This document shows, one piece after another, positions 12,101 to 34,405 of a stretch of DNA of 64,000 nt; position 1 is the first letter of the stretch, and every line of letters starts with the position of its first letter. Origin of the DNA: Dimorphilus gyrociliatus. Taxonomy: Eukaryota; Animalia; Annelida. A program made the translations under genes and the position numbers. The stretch covers positions 488,916-552,915 of the forward strand of contig CAJFCJ010000020.1 in the NCBI GenBank assembly GCA_904063045.1. Direction: 5' to 3'. The notes beneath the pieces are model-generated. The model searched no databases, was not told the origin of the DNA, and saw only the letters and a list, made by a program, of their open reading frames with translations.

Positions 12101-15100
12101 GTGTGTGTGAATTTCGGCATTTTTCTGCACGCAAAATACTATATATAGGACTGGGTGCGTAATTATCTTGAAAGTACATTCGTCAATTTATTCCCATCGC
12201 GTGTCATCTGCTGGTTCCGATGACGCCGACGTCATGGTGTTGGCGGTTTTTCAGACTTGCGTCTTGTTTACGTAATTCAAAATCATTTGAATAGATGTGG
12301 TAAACGATTGCAGCAGTAATATCGAACTAGCTAAAGAAAAAACATGTGCTACGTTTGTAATTATAGTTGGAGCGCTAAAAGCGCCAGGAGGCGCTATTTG
12401 ACCTTTAGCGTTAGGCGTCTATAGGCCTGTATCAGTGAAGTGGACGTAATTGAAAAATGACGTCCGAAAATGGCCGCTTGATGACTATCTATAACGACTT
12501 TCCCCCCGATCGGTCATTATGCAAATAAAGCACCGCCTTTTCAATACACAAAGAGCCGTTTCTATGGTATGATGCAGATGGTCAGGGGCGAATCTAACGA
12601 TGTTAATTAGGTTCAAATGACGGCCGACAATGAGTCGCTATTCCGAGTCTTTGTTCGCAGTCTACTTTTATATACCCCGGGGGAACTTGGGGCGTTTGGT
12701 GGCGCCTCTGAGATAGCGGCCGACCGGAAACGATTGAAAACGAATCCAAGAAAGATAAGGGTACACAAAAAAAAGCGAGGGCATCTCGCACCGATCGTTC
12801 TACTCGACGCCGTTCAAGTGTTCTCGTGCCGCTTTTATAAGCACCACTTTGATGCTACAGCTGCGGCCGATCCTCTGCAGCGCCGACAGCGGCGGCGGTA
12901 TTTCGATGATGTATAGGGCTTCTCCATCCAGCCGTGTTCGAGCGGCCGTTAACAATGTACTCTTAGAGCGGAGAATTAAAATCGAGGCCGCCGCCCTTTT
13001 CGCGCTGCAGAGGACGTTGACGATACTAGAGACGTCTGTCGGCTCATTATGGAGCACACTAATCGGCAGTACACAGCTATCGGGCTTCTCTCTTTCATGC
13101 TCAGTCAGGCGTATAGTTCATGCCAGAATAACCCCGCAGGAACTATATAGCGGCGTTTGTTGACGTAATCGATTTGAACGCTCGAGTCATTCTGGCCCGA
13201 AACCATTCTCTGCGATAAGCGCCTCTGCCGCTAAACGTTTGCCAGCTCAGTGATTGCATTAGAAAGTATTTGGTTTGGAAAGGAACGATCAATGAGTGAA
13301 GCCCGTAAAAGCTTTGCCTAGTCATTTGAACACGGTCCGACGCCATGTTGTTAGGGTCACGTGACCAACGTTTCCCGCCACCCAAAGAGCGAATCAGCGA
13401 CCAATTGATAGGCGATTTGCATATGAATAATTCGCGTTAGACTGGACACTTTGGAAGCGTTCCCGGCGGGGTGTGTAAACGCATCTAGATGCATACCGAC
13501 TAAGGGTGAAATTCCCCGCGGTGCGCTAGTTACGGTAGACGTTTAGACAAGTTGTCGATTCGCTAGAAAGTTGTTTTCTTTTTTTTTTTCGTCTTCTTTA
13601 TTATCCAACTACAATCTCATAATAAGGTCGCAAAGGAATATAAAGTAAAGACGTGTTGTCGCCGCATTTTCCATCCCTTTATTTGAAGATGAAAGGCGAC
13701 GAGCGCCATTATCGACTATTCTAGCGGACATGTGCTTCTAATTGCCTGATTGCTTACACCAGTGTTCTATCGGTCCGCATTAGCACCTCGCTTCCGCTTC
13801 TGCTTGTTTCCATGGAAACGAAATCAAATCGAGACCGCCAAGATCGATGCGGCTAAATTGGATTGTGACATTTTGTATCTATAGCAGGTGCCTCCTTACA
13901 ACTTATTCCCCATTGTTCTATTTGCTCTCAATGCAAACAAATGAGTGCGATCGGGCACTGTAAACACAATACGAACAATGTAAATAATCTAGATCATGCT
14001 TTGTTTGTCCGATGCTTCTTTGCGTTTCTCCGATAACGAGTTTTGCATAATTTACGGCAAGCGCTGAGAAATTATCGACGCGTAAAACGTCTTTATTCCT
14101 TAATACCAGGCAGCGCGACAGTATAAAGTGCAATGGCGTTCGGATTAGCGAAATCAGATTAGAACGGGAAAGAAAAGCGGATAATCGAAGCTAATCCGAC
14201 ACTATCTGCTGATTAGTAGCAATCATCGCTAGAATACCGTATGAAGGCAAAAAGAAAAGGTGCCTTCCTTGAATATGTATATTTGGCGGACTGGAACGTA
14301 TCAACAGACCGTGACAAACTACTAGTGATAGATCTATCTAGAAGTGTTGTGTATGTTCAGTTTGCATAGCTGTCAACCAACGCGCTCTTGTTTGCTCTTA
14401 TTTCTCGCCGCTTATTACACTCTATCTCAAACAACTGTTGCGGAGACGCGACCCATCACCAGATGGCGCTGAATCTCCGACTGCAAAATTTTTTTACGTG
14501 TGTAATACGCTTTATTTATTACTCATTTTTATTATAACGTAACATGTGCTACCGATATCGAATAGCTAGCCACAGAGTCATAGGCCTAAATAAGTTAAAC
14601 GGAAAAATACAAATGGTCGCCATTTAATCAGTGTTTTTACACCTTATCAATAACTACTATCTAATCTTTCGGCGCAATGTGTTTCGAATTTCATTTGCAA
14701 ATGTTATAATCGAAAAAACCGTATTTATCAGCCTATTCGAGTATATATTTAAGTAGAAAGACAATGCAAGACTTGGCAAGTATTAAAACTGATAATCTGC
14801 TATTTCATTCTCGACCCCTTTTTTTTAACAGAAAAGCTCCTTATCAAAGCAAACATCCGTTTATTTTCGTTAAGGTACCATTTATTTATGCTAGAAGCTA
14901 TGAAGTGTTAATTAAACATTTGCACAAGAATTTATAGGGAAAGTTCAATGATTAATTATACGCCTATAAAAATGCCGCTCTTCTTATCGAGTAGTTTCAA
15001 TTTAAAAAAAAAATGTGACTTAATGAAGGCGTGCAAGCTGCTAATTAAAGGACAACATGCGGACGCGTGTACGAACTCATTAAATACACTGTCAGCAGAC

Positions 15101-15828
15101 AGGTGATCGCAGGTGTACGACACGAACCAGTCGCCGATGTCAGACGAGCAATCTTTTGACACAATTGTCAAGTGAACTGTTTCATTCTATCACGCTTTAT
15201 TGAAGCTTCATTAATTACTCGTTGTGCCGTTGTTTGCCGCGCTTTAACTCGGAGAAGAAGACTCTCTCTCTACCTCCTTCTCTTTTATGCTGACAAGTTA
15301 TTGTTTGGATATCAAACTTTCAATTTGTTGTTTCCGTTTGAAGGAAAAAAATTATATAACCAAACTACTGAGTATTTGTATTTGCATATAGAGAAATGTA
15401 TTTTTCTTAAATTGGATATTATATGTGTAAACATTTATATGTATATAAATATATATGTATATTGAATATTTATATGTCTATATTTAACAGTAAACTTTAG
15501 CTTAATAAAAAACATATACTATGTTTACTTATAAATGCATATTTACAAATATATCTAGATATATTTAAAGAATAAAAGAGTACGCAGATATATATATTTG
15601 CATGTCCTGCACTCTTTTACTGAGATGATGCAATTTTCTTGCTGCTGTCGTGTTGATATTTAGCGGGAAAATTGACAGAGCGTCAGAAAAATGGAAAGTC
15701 TACAAATTGTATTTAGCGACGCGGATTTGTTCTATCAGCTTTCGCGGTGTTGGTGAACAGTCAAGTAGCTGCAGCAATCTGCATCGAGGATGTGACAAAA
15801 ATTGCGTCATTAGCGCGACCTAATTGCG

Positions 15829-15916
15829 CGGAAGTGACGTCATTTGTGACGCAATTAAATGTATATAGACGCGCGCATGCGTGTTGTGTGTAATCACTCG
15901 CCTTAAGGAAACCAAT
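15829..15916 (+). promoter_or_regulatory. Candidate proximal groucho promoter (ETS-CRE composite, NRF1-like, CCAAT)
   Basis: CGGAAGTGACGTCA at 15829-15842, GCGCATGCG at 15873-15881 and CCAAT at 15912, about 600 bp upstream of the acceptor at 16490 and the CCACCATG start. Confidence 0.5.
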
Positions 15917-16499
15917 AGTGGGACAGGATATGTATGAAAAAGATATAAATAAACTATAAAGCTTTAAGAGTTTTATACTATTCTTTAGTGAACGAAAAAG
16001 TCTGTTACTGATTAGAAAGTGTTACCTTTTGTGCGCGTGTAGTATGTGAACTTTGAGATGTAACATGACACACACGCTCAGTAAGGTGGCTTCGGGCATT
16101 TGCAAAGCTTCAACACACGCTCGTGCATGTTTACCAAGGCCGAATCGTATTGCGCAGCCGCTAACGCCAGAAACGCAGCGGCGTAGTATAAAAAAAACAC
16201 AACAACGACTCTAAACAGAACAATCAGCATGAAAAAAGTCGTAAACTAGGCTTACATCGACGGTTAACGAATGTAGGCGGAGCCAGACTTGTTGATGGAC
16301 ATCCGATTATACGCGCGCCCGAAGCTTATTGGTTAACAAGGTGAGCGCTTTGCGCATGACTAATAATGTTGTGTTGTACGGCCGATAGAGGCAATCATTT
16401 GGTATAGGTACGGCGGATTGAGAGTGTTTATAGAAGGAGCGATATTAGATATACGGCTATATTTATCCACTGGCTATTTGGTTCACTCAGCTGTCCACC

Positions 16500-26120
<9,621 letters not shown>

Positions 26121-27359
26121 AAGAGATCCGTGAACGATCCGTCTGCTCAGGAACGTTTCGGAAGGACTGTCTCCTCTGTTTTTTTTTTTTAATTCAAGTA
26201 ACAAAAAAAAAGGAAACGCATAACAGTAGTGTTCAACGTCTGTATACAATGTTGAAATATATATTTTAAGGACTATTGTAAAGCTGTTATTTTGGTTCTT
26301 TTACTTGTTTTTTTTTTCATTTTGATTCGGTTTTTATTATATTTTTTTGCATGGTGCAAGCGAATAGTTAAAAAAAAAAGGAAAAAAAGGACATGTATAC
26401 ATTTTAAAGTCTTGGACATAAAAGCACACATTTACATTTTTTATTGTCCGTCGAGTGCATGTGCTATATAGGCCTAATGTCACTGCTGAATGTCGTGTAT
26501 ACAAAACTCTGAATAATAATAATATTAATAATAATAATAATAATAATACATAAAAAACGAGAAATGTACGAAAGAATAGAACAGATAGGAAAACGCTATC
26601 AGACGGTCCGCTTCAAAAGAAATAGCAATATTTCCACAGCTGATCAACACATAAAGGAGCGTAAAGCGTCTTGTAATCCACACCGGCAGCGGCCTGTTTA
26701 TACTTTACAAGCAGTATTAAAGGCTAATCCGACAGGCGTGATGCTAATCAAACTGATGACTTTTAATAACAGCGAGTGTGCGTATGATCTGATCGAGCAT
26801 GTGCCGGCTTAATTAACAACGACCAGCCAGACTCCTTTGATTAATCGTTTTGGTTAATGGCCTTGGCGAGTTTAGCATGAAAGACTGCTTTTTCTCACTT
26901 CGCCGCCCTTAACCTTTCATCCGTTTCGGATTGCCAGCAAACGGTCGAGTTATTAGGCTAGAGGGACTGGATATCGATAGATGGCGTCTGATTAAAGGGG
27001 AAAAGAGGGCAATTATACTGATTGAACACCATTTTTTCGGGCATTGAAATGAAAATCGAATGTTTGCACAAGACAGTAGAAAGCTTTCATATATTTACTG
27101 TTATTTTGAGAATATCTAATGAGGTGCCAATCTTTTATAATTCTTTACTAGTTTTTCCTTAATAACAAAAAGGGTTTTTTTTATTTCAATTTGAACGAAT
27201 TCAATTTGAAAGAGAACTTTTATACACTTTTTACAGTTGGGAAATTTCCTACAACAAAGACTTTTGAACGTAAATGAGCAACGGAAAATATAAAAAAAAT
27301 AAGAGTCAGTAATTTGGGCAATTAGAGGGGTTAATTAATTTTTAAATAATACCAAAAGG

Positions 27360-28121
27360 TCACTTTTCTTCTTTACACCTAATCTCCGGTAATACTTGGT
27401 ACTTACTCGGAGCTATAGTGTTTTTATCTTCTTTTAATCCGATTGCTGGTAACGAAAATCGAACTCGTCGTTTCTCGCTACTCCTTTTAGGAACTGCTAA
27501 TAAATTACTATTGCTAGGAGTTGTTCTTATGACAGATTTTAAGGGGGGACAAGATTCAGATCTTCCAATCACTGGCGAAAGTGAAATTTTTCTCTTCTCC
27601 CGCGATTCGGCAACCCAAATCGGCTTCGACGTAACATTTTTACCCTTTTGAGTGGCTACCGTTATTTCTTTATGCTCCATCGCGTTCGAGTACTTGAATT
27701 GCATGGTGACGTCGCTCAGATGATTAGACGCTTGTTTCTTTAGTACAGAACCTTCAGATTTCATCCTATGTAACTTCCGGGGCCTTGGAATATGAGTATT
27801 AGTCTTGGGTTGTTCTCTATTAGCTCTCTTTACTTTTTCTTTTTCTTTTGGTTTATCCCTTAATTCGGAGAGTCTTATTCTAGATTCGTATTCGTCTGTT
27901 ATATCATTTGGCAATAACGGCTCTATAGCAATATCAAAAAGTTCTAACTCATAATCGGAAGCACTTTGTTCGTCTGTTGAGATCACTCCTTCTTCTTGGG
28001 CTCTTACAGCCTCTTTCTGAGTATTTTCCAATACTAAATAGCGGAGATCTTCGACCCTTCCCATTCTCCTTCGCCTATCCCTCGACAAAGTTTCTCCGTT
28101 CCACTCTTGGAAACTATCCAT
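27360..28121 (-). CDS. Uncharacterised 253-aa single-exon protein with an RVRF (RVxF) motif
   Basis: Long ATG-initiated ORF in AT-rich DNA with charged, disordered composition. No domain recognised. Confidence 0.7.
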   Translation of the reverse strand: MDSFQEWNGETLSRDRRRRMGRVEDLRYLVLENTQKEAVRAQEEGVISTDEQSASDYELELFDIAIEPLLPNDITDEYESRIRLSELRDKPKEKEKVKRANREQPKTNTHIPRPRKLHRMKSEGSVLKKQASNHLSDVTMQFKYSNAMEHKEITVATQKGKNVTSKPIWVAESREKRKISLSPVIGRSESCPPLKSVIRTTPSNSNLLAVPKRSSEKRRVRFSLPAIGLKEDKNTIAPSKYQVLPEIRCKEEK

Positions 28122-29556
28122 GATAAATGACGAAAAACTTTTCTATTTGGACCGAATGTTGATAAAGACTAACAAAATGAATTACTTGTTCTTTGTGTAA
28201 ACAGGCTCAAATTACTCCTATATCCAGACGTTAGCGGTAGTCGATCAGCATTTTGGACAACGAGGAAAGTAGGCAAACGTTATGCAGACACAAATAGCGG
28301 TTTTTGCGTCGTTCGCCCATGCGGTTCGCTTTTCGTTTTTTTCTTATTATAGTCGAAATCGATTGCACTTGAATGGAGGTAGGGAGGGGATTAAGTTGAG
28401 TGTTCTATTAGCGGATATGCAAAAGTTACGTACCCAGAATGCGTGGGGTAATGTATTTAGAATAAGTTAAAAATACTAACCTTTTATTCAAATTTTTTTT
28501 ATATATTTCTCGCTATTACTTTTTTTTTAAAAAAACAAATATTGATCTGTTTACATCTTAGTTTACTTTATTTTGTCAGTAATAAAAACGACATTCTTCA
28601 TCCGATTGCACCAACTTGTATTACTACGTAAACTTACGTTTATTTTTAGATATCTATATACTAAAGTATATAGAGATATATCTATATATATATATATATC
28701 TATGTACATATTATGCCATAAAACTTTAGTCCTACTTTTAAATATTTACTCAAGCCGAATAGGTAGGAGTGAACGATACGCAAATTGTTTCGGTTAAGCT
28801 ATTTGCTCTTCTCCTATTTTTACTACTCTTACTATTATTTATATTCTTCTACCCACTCCTTTTTTTTTAAATACGGGAGTCAACTATGGAGAGAACTGAG
28901 AATAGAGCTTATATAAAGGGGGAGAGGGAGAGGGAGAGGGAGAAAGAAAGAGATAGAGAGATAGGGAATGGGACAAAAAGGGAAAACAAAAAAAGGGTAA
29001 AGTTAGTGGGTGGTGCCCTCTTCCGTCGTCAATTTTAATCCACTTGGAGGAAGGAACCGGAATAAATAATTTAGTAGTATCGGAAGAAATCAAAGTGTGC
29101 ACACATAAAGCTTGGCCCTCGGCGGCGTTCAGGCGAACTCAATAGGGGGCAAGATAAAAGGCTTGTTAGATAGAGGAAGTGACTTCTTTTTCTGCCATAA
29201 TGTTTTAAATAAGAAAATCTTTATCCTACATTCAAATATATCGTTCTATCAAATTGCTTTAAAATTAATAATTAAAAACATTTAATGTATCAAATATATG
29301 TATAAATGCATAATATATAAGAAAAAATTGACGTAATCGTCTAAAAAAAATGATCAAGCGTCTAAAGTATTTAACAGAGAGAAAACAAGAAAAAAAAAGC
29401 AGTAAGGATGACATGCATTTACATTATATACACACGTCAACTTGGTTACTTCGTCGATAATCATTGAACGCTGTTGCGTCGCATTTCTAAATTGAACAGT
29501 GTTGTCTTCTACATGTGTATTGCACAGTAAGGTTTTCTATAAATGACGAGAATAAA

Positions 29557-30603
29557 ATGAATATTGCGCTGATTTTGATAATCCTACGAATTTGTCACCT
29601 ATTCTCCTCGATCAATGCTGGTAGGTCAGATAAGAGATCGTAAAAATAATAATATATTTAATGTGTTTATGTCAAGTTTTTCTAAAAATAGAATAAGGAA
29701 AAGATTGAGTTTTCTCATTTTTTGTTTTATTAAGCTAAAGAGGGAGATATTAGGTTGATGGGAGATTCCAGCCACGCCGGCAGGTTAGAATACTATTATG
29801 ACAGCGCTTGGGGGACGGTCTGTCATTCTGGGAGCGATATGGGCCTAATTTACAAAATAGTATGCCTTCAATTAGGCTTTAGCGAAGGGGCAAGTTTGAA
29901 AGAGTAAGTGTAAAAAAAGAAGATAATAAAAATGCATAATTTTGATCATTTGGAATAATATTTTTTACAAAGCATAAAACCCGGAACCGGTAAAATATGG
30001 CTGGAACATGTGCAGTGCGAGGTTAATGTAACAAAGCTGTCGAATTGCAAATTACGTTATCATGATGAAAAAAGCTCGTGGAAGTGCGATCATTCAGATG
30101 ATGTCGGTGTGATTTGTAATAATTCTGCACCTAGTACAGTTAAGTCATCTACTGTACAAACGACTAAAACGAAGTTTACATTTTTTCCACCGACATCAAC
30201 CAAAGTGCCTGAAGCTTCTTCATTTTCTCCAATAATACTCTCACTGATCGTTGTTCTATCAATATTCATTTGCGCCTTTGGAATGGGTATTTCTTTTTTC
30301 TTCTGGAATTATAGAAAGGAGCAAAGAATAAGGCAAAGACAAGAGGAGAGAAGGCAAAGACGCATTGAAGTCCTACCTTCTAGTCAGCAAATAGCACAGT
30401 TACCTAACGGATCACCCCCAATGTTTGTTATGCAGCCAAATTACACTATCAATCAACCTATACGCCTTAATAGTCTGAATCAACCTCCACCGTACGATAA
30501 CGAATCGGTAAAACCACCTGATTATAATCAAGTCACCGAAAGTAAAAGTCCCCCTCCCTATACGCCTACTGTAACTGATCAAATGCCAAATGTTTATAAT
30601 TGA
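29557..30603 (+). CDS. Type I membrane protein: signal peptide, single SRCR domain, S/T-rich stalk, TM helix, PY-motif tail
   Basis: Exons 29557-29620, 29735-29903, 29973-30603. SRCR hallmarks GRLEYYY...WGTVC, VCLQLGF, GKIWLEHVQC and CDHSDDVGVIC. TM segment IILSLIVVLSIFICAFGMGISFFFW. Confidence 0.9.
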
Positions 30604-31717
30604 CAAAACTAATAATAAAAATAAAAGTGTTTTGAGGCACTTGTGATAAAGAAAATATTTGAAATAAGTATGTTATTAGAGCAAATATCGAAATTTCTCG
30701 TCTTTAGCTTAATCCCTCACAATTTACTTTTTACTTATTAAATTGTCTTTCAATTGTACAAAGAGTTTAGCTAATATGGGCTCCACCTATTATTTGCTTG
30801 CAAATGATCCATTTTAGAAAGTTTTTTTTTTCATTGTAATCGTGTCAACTTGAATAGAGAAAAGTGTTTTTTCATTGATTGATCAAAACATAATAGATCG
30901 TTTCTTTATAATTTCAGAACCACAATTTTTTTCCTTCCTCTCTCCCCCACCCTCCCACTCGCTCTCTATCTATCCATCTACCTATCTTCCCATCTTCCTC
31001 TCCTTCCTTTTCAATACCTTTTAATAACATATTTATTTTCTTTTTGATTGTTCTTTTATTTACACCTTCCTCAAATCCTTGTTTTTCTTCTCATACTTTT
31101 AACCCCTATAGTTTACTCTGATTGATTGATTCGAACAACACCAATTCATTTATGATAAGCATACGAAATATTATTTAAAGAATTAATTAATAATAGACTA
31201 TTTGTTACGACATATTAATATAGTTTGTTTAGATGAAAATTAATTCAGAATAGATGCTTATTCCAGGTTCATAAGTAATGTAATTTCCATAGAATAGATT
31301 AATAAAAAACACCGATGCTTGTTACTCTCTTTAATGCTTTTAAAAATAAATGATATAGATGATCTGTTAATCCTGAATTTAGCCTACGTTTTCCACTCGA
31401 ACTAATGATTGTGATATAGGTGAAATTTTTTTTGTCCGTATGATGATTAAATTGCCTCCCTGCAATCCCTCTCATATCTCCATGACGACAATGGACGCGA
31501 TCGAACATAACGCTACCTTTAAAATATTTTCCATTGATTATCAACAGGCCTCAGCAATGTGTATATTTTCCACCGATCATAATATATCCTATTCTACGGG
31601 CCTCCTAATCCTAACTCAATAGAATATTTTTCGCTTCAAATTTGAATGTAGATGGTAAATAATTGAAATTAACTTGACTTTGACGTATATTGTCTTCATT
31701 GTTAATTAACTTCAATT

Positions 31718-34405
31718 ATGACAACTATGGCCGAAGATTTTACTCAGCTGGCTCACGCAATTAAGTCTCTGGAGAGAACAATCAGGCAAAACAATTTAAT
31801 ATTAAATGGTAAACAACCGTCGAAACGTATATCTACTGAAACGGACAGCCGTAAGGCAGTGAAATTGAAGGCATTACCTTCCGAGGATGCAATAGAAGAT
31901 GATGAGATTATTAACAGGGTTTGTCTGCTTCGTCTGTTTATCAGTTCGCAAATAAGTATATACAGTTCGTAGTAGTTTCGCGTAAATATATTTAAATAAA
32001 AAAAAAATGTTTATTCAGAAGTCTTATTAACTCAGCCTAAATCAGTTTTGGTGCTATATAATCCTAGGTGTTTCGTATTAATAAACCGGTACTAATCGAT
32101 TTTTTTCTTGTCGAATCGATCATTTAAGGTTGATATTGTTGTTATTAGTAAACCATGGATAATCAGACAAATAAAAAGGTGAGATAGACGTAATGAAAGG
32201 TTTATTTAAGCACAGCGAAGCTGATTACTATATACAAGAACAAAGGAAGCTAAGAAATATGGAACAAAATCGAACAGCAATTTTATTTTCGTTACAGCTT
32301 CCTAGAGGATAAAACAATCGATAATATAATGTATCCTTTATTCTCCAGCGGGAGGTCTATATTAGGGTAGTTTTCCTCAAATTGGGCGAAATCGATACGC
32401 TTAAGGAGAAATACGCCGCTGACGTTTTCTTTCAAGCTCGCTGGAGAGAGGAAAGGTTCGATAACAAGGACGAGATAGTTTGTTAACTTACAAAAGCACA
32501 TAAGCAAGCTATTAATGCAAGCCTTGTTTTTTATTATCGTGTTAGGAAGAAGACGATATTGTTTGGGATGAGTATTGGTCACCTAAGCTTTCTATTGAGA
32601 ATTTACTTAATTCTACATTAATGGATGTGTGGAGATTAGTTGAGAAAGACGAGAATGGACATGCGTATATAACAGAGAAGCACAGAATAAACGGAACTTT
32701 TGCAGAGTCGCTTGAGTTAAACGAGTTTCCGTTCGATACTCAGGTAGAAAAATCGTTACTAATAAAAACAGTTGTATATTTAGTTCATTTGACTGTATAT
32801 ACAAAAGCTACAAGGACACTGCACAATTATTTTGCATATATACATTATATACTGGTACATAGTATATATTAATATGACATTTTCGAAATCAATATAGGAT
32901 TTAACTATTAAAGTCATAACTGAAAGATCGGAAGCGGAAGTGCAGCTATGTGCCGATAAGCATGAAATATCTTCAGTCAATAATCAATCATTCGTCGACG
33001 AACAAGAATGGAGATTGCATAGTGCTGTAATGACATGGAATGTTGTAACGGCTAAAGTTTATAAGAATAGAAGACATAAGCATCCTGCCTTATGTTCAGC
33101 GTGTAAGGTCACAAGAAGGCCCGAATTTTTCATATGGAATATTCTTGTTGTCATGGTAATGCAATCTATAGCTATTTCATTCACTCTTCTTATAGGATAC
33201 CAATCTGAAGACCTATTGTTTATATCTCTTTATATAATATCAATTATTGAAAAATCATATTACAATAGTTAAATTAACCATACTTAACACTAAATTGTAA
33301 ATAACAAAGAGGTAGTGGCGAAAATATTAAATTATTATAAAAGCAACAGGGAACGATTCATTAATTGATAAAACTACAATGTTATTTAGTATAAAATGAC
33401 TAGTTTGAGGACTTTAAAGGTTAAGCCATTATATTCTTTCTACATATTTAATAGTATTAGTTTATACTTAAAGGGATAATGTACGCATACACCCCGAAAA
33501 AAACTATAAGTAACCCCCCTATCATATTTCATCTGCTAGTCTATAATTAAATTCTTTACGTTATTTAATTTATAAGGGAATAATAATATAGTTATTCATA
33601 TTTCTTTCTCCTTTACAGATGTTTATCTGCAGTCTGGCTTTTGCTACATTTACTGTCGATTATAAATTACCTCAGAATAGACTGCAATTAACTTTTATCT
33701 TACTGTTAACAACTGTTACATTCAAGTTTGTCGTAAACCAAAGTTTGCCAAAAATATCCTATTTGACTTATTTAGTAAGATTTTGACGCTTTGAGCTTTT
33801 TTTTCCTATTCATAGAATCATTTTTGAAAATGTGATTTCCCATTTATCAATAGGATAAATATATACTTACGTCAATGACGATCCTTATCTCGATATGTGT
33901 TTGGCACGCCATCGTACCGAAACTGGGATTAGATGACGAAGATTCGGAAGAGGCAGATAAGATTGCCCTTGGGGTGCTCGGTGCCATCTATCTTGTCTTT
34001 CATATTTTTTTTGGATTCTGGATTTCTTGTGCGGTTTGTATTAAGTTTTTAGTTTTTATCAGATTTCCCTTTTTTTTATTTGAAGAAAAGAGGGATTATC
34101 AATTCCTAGAATATTTTATCAAACTTTTTTTTCTTAATGAAAATCTAGTCTTTGAAGAAGAGGCTTAATATTCTTAAAGAGGATGCGGATTACCTCGTAA
34201 GTTGTTATTTCTTTATAAGAGTATACAGTATACAATAAAAGTGGCGGATAATGATCAATTTCCGCTTAAGAAACTCATTTAATAAATTCTCATCGATTTA
34301 CGTCTTTTGAATGACAATCAAAGATTATCCTTTCAGGCTAAAATCAATGGTAAAAGCCCCAAGAAAGTTGCCCCATCTGATGAACCAAATCAAGATCTGG
34401 CTTAA
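31718..34405 (+). CDS. Cys-less (Pro-loop) pentameric ligand-gated ion channel subunit
   Basis: Exons 31718-31918 (or alternative first exon with ATG at 32155-32178), 32349-32477, 32546-32743, 32898-33155, 33619-33774, 33854-34033, 34149-34196, 34337-34405. Motifs FLKLGEIDTLKEKY, WSPKL, ELNEFPFDTQ, four TM helices and LPKISYLTYLDKY. Confidence 0.9.

Noticed and set aside
12871-12900. Resemblance of one repeat copy to REST/RE1 half-sites (TGCAGCGCC...GACAGCG)
   Set aside because: The spacing is wrong and the other five copies lack the right half-site.
11925-13385. Overlapping ORFs of 60-104 aa on both strands
   Set aside because: Expected in GC-rich non-coding blocks containing the repeated element. 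No protein motifs.
31299-31622. Short ORFs with faint SRCR-like (GSVMFDRVHC) or MTTM-duplicate resemblance
   Set aside because: No conserved cysteine pattern or splice support, so likely chance.
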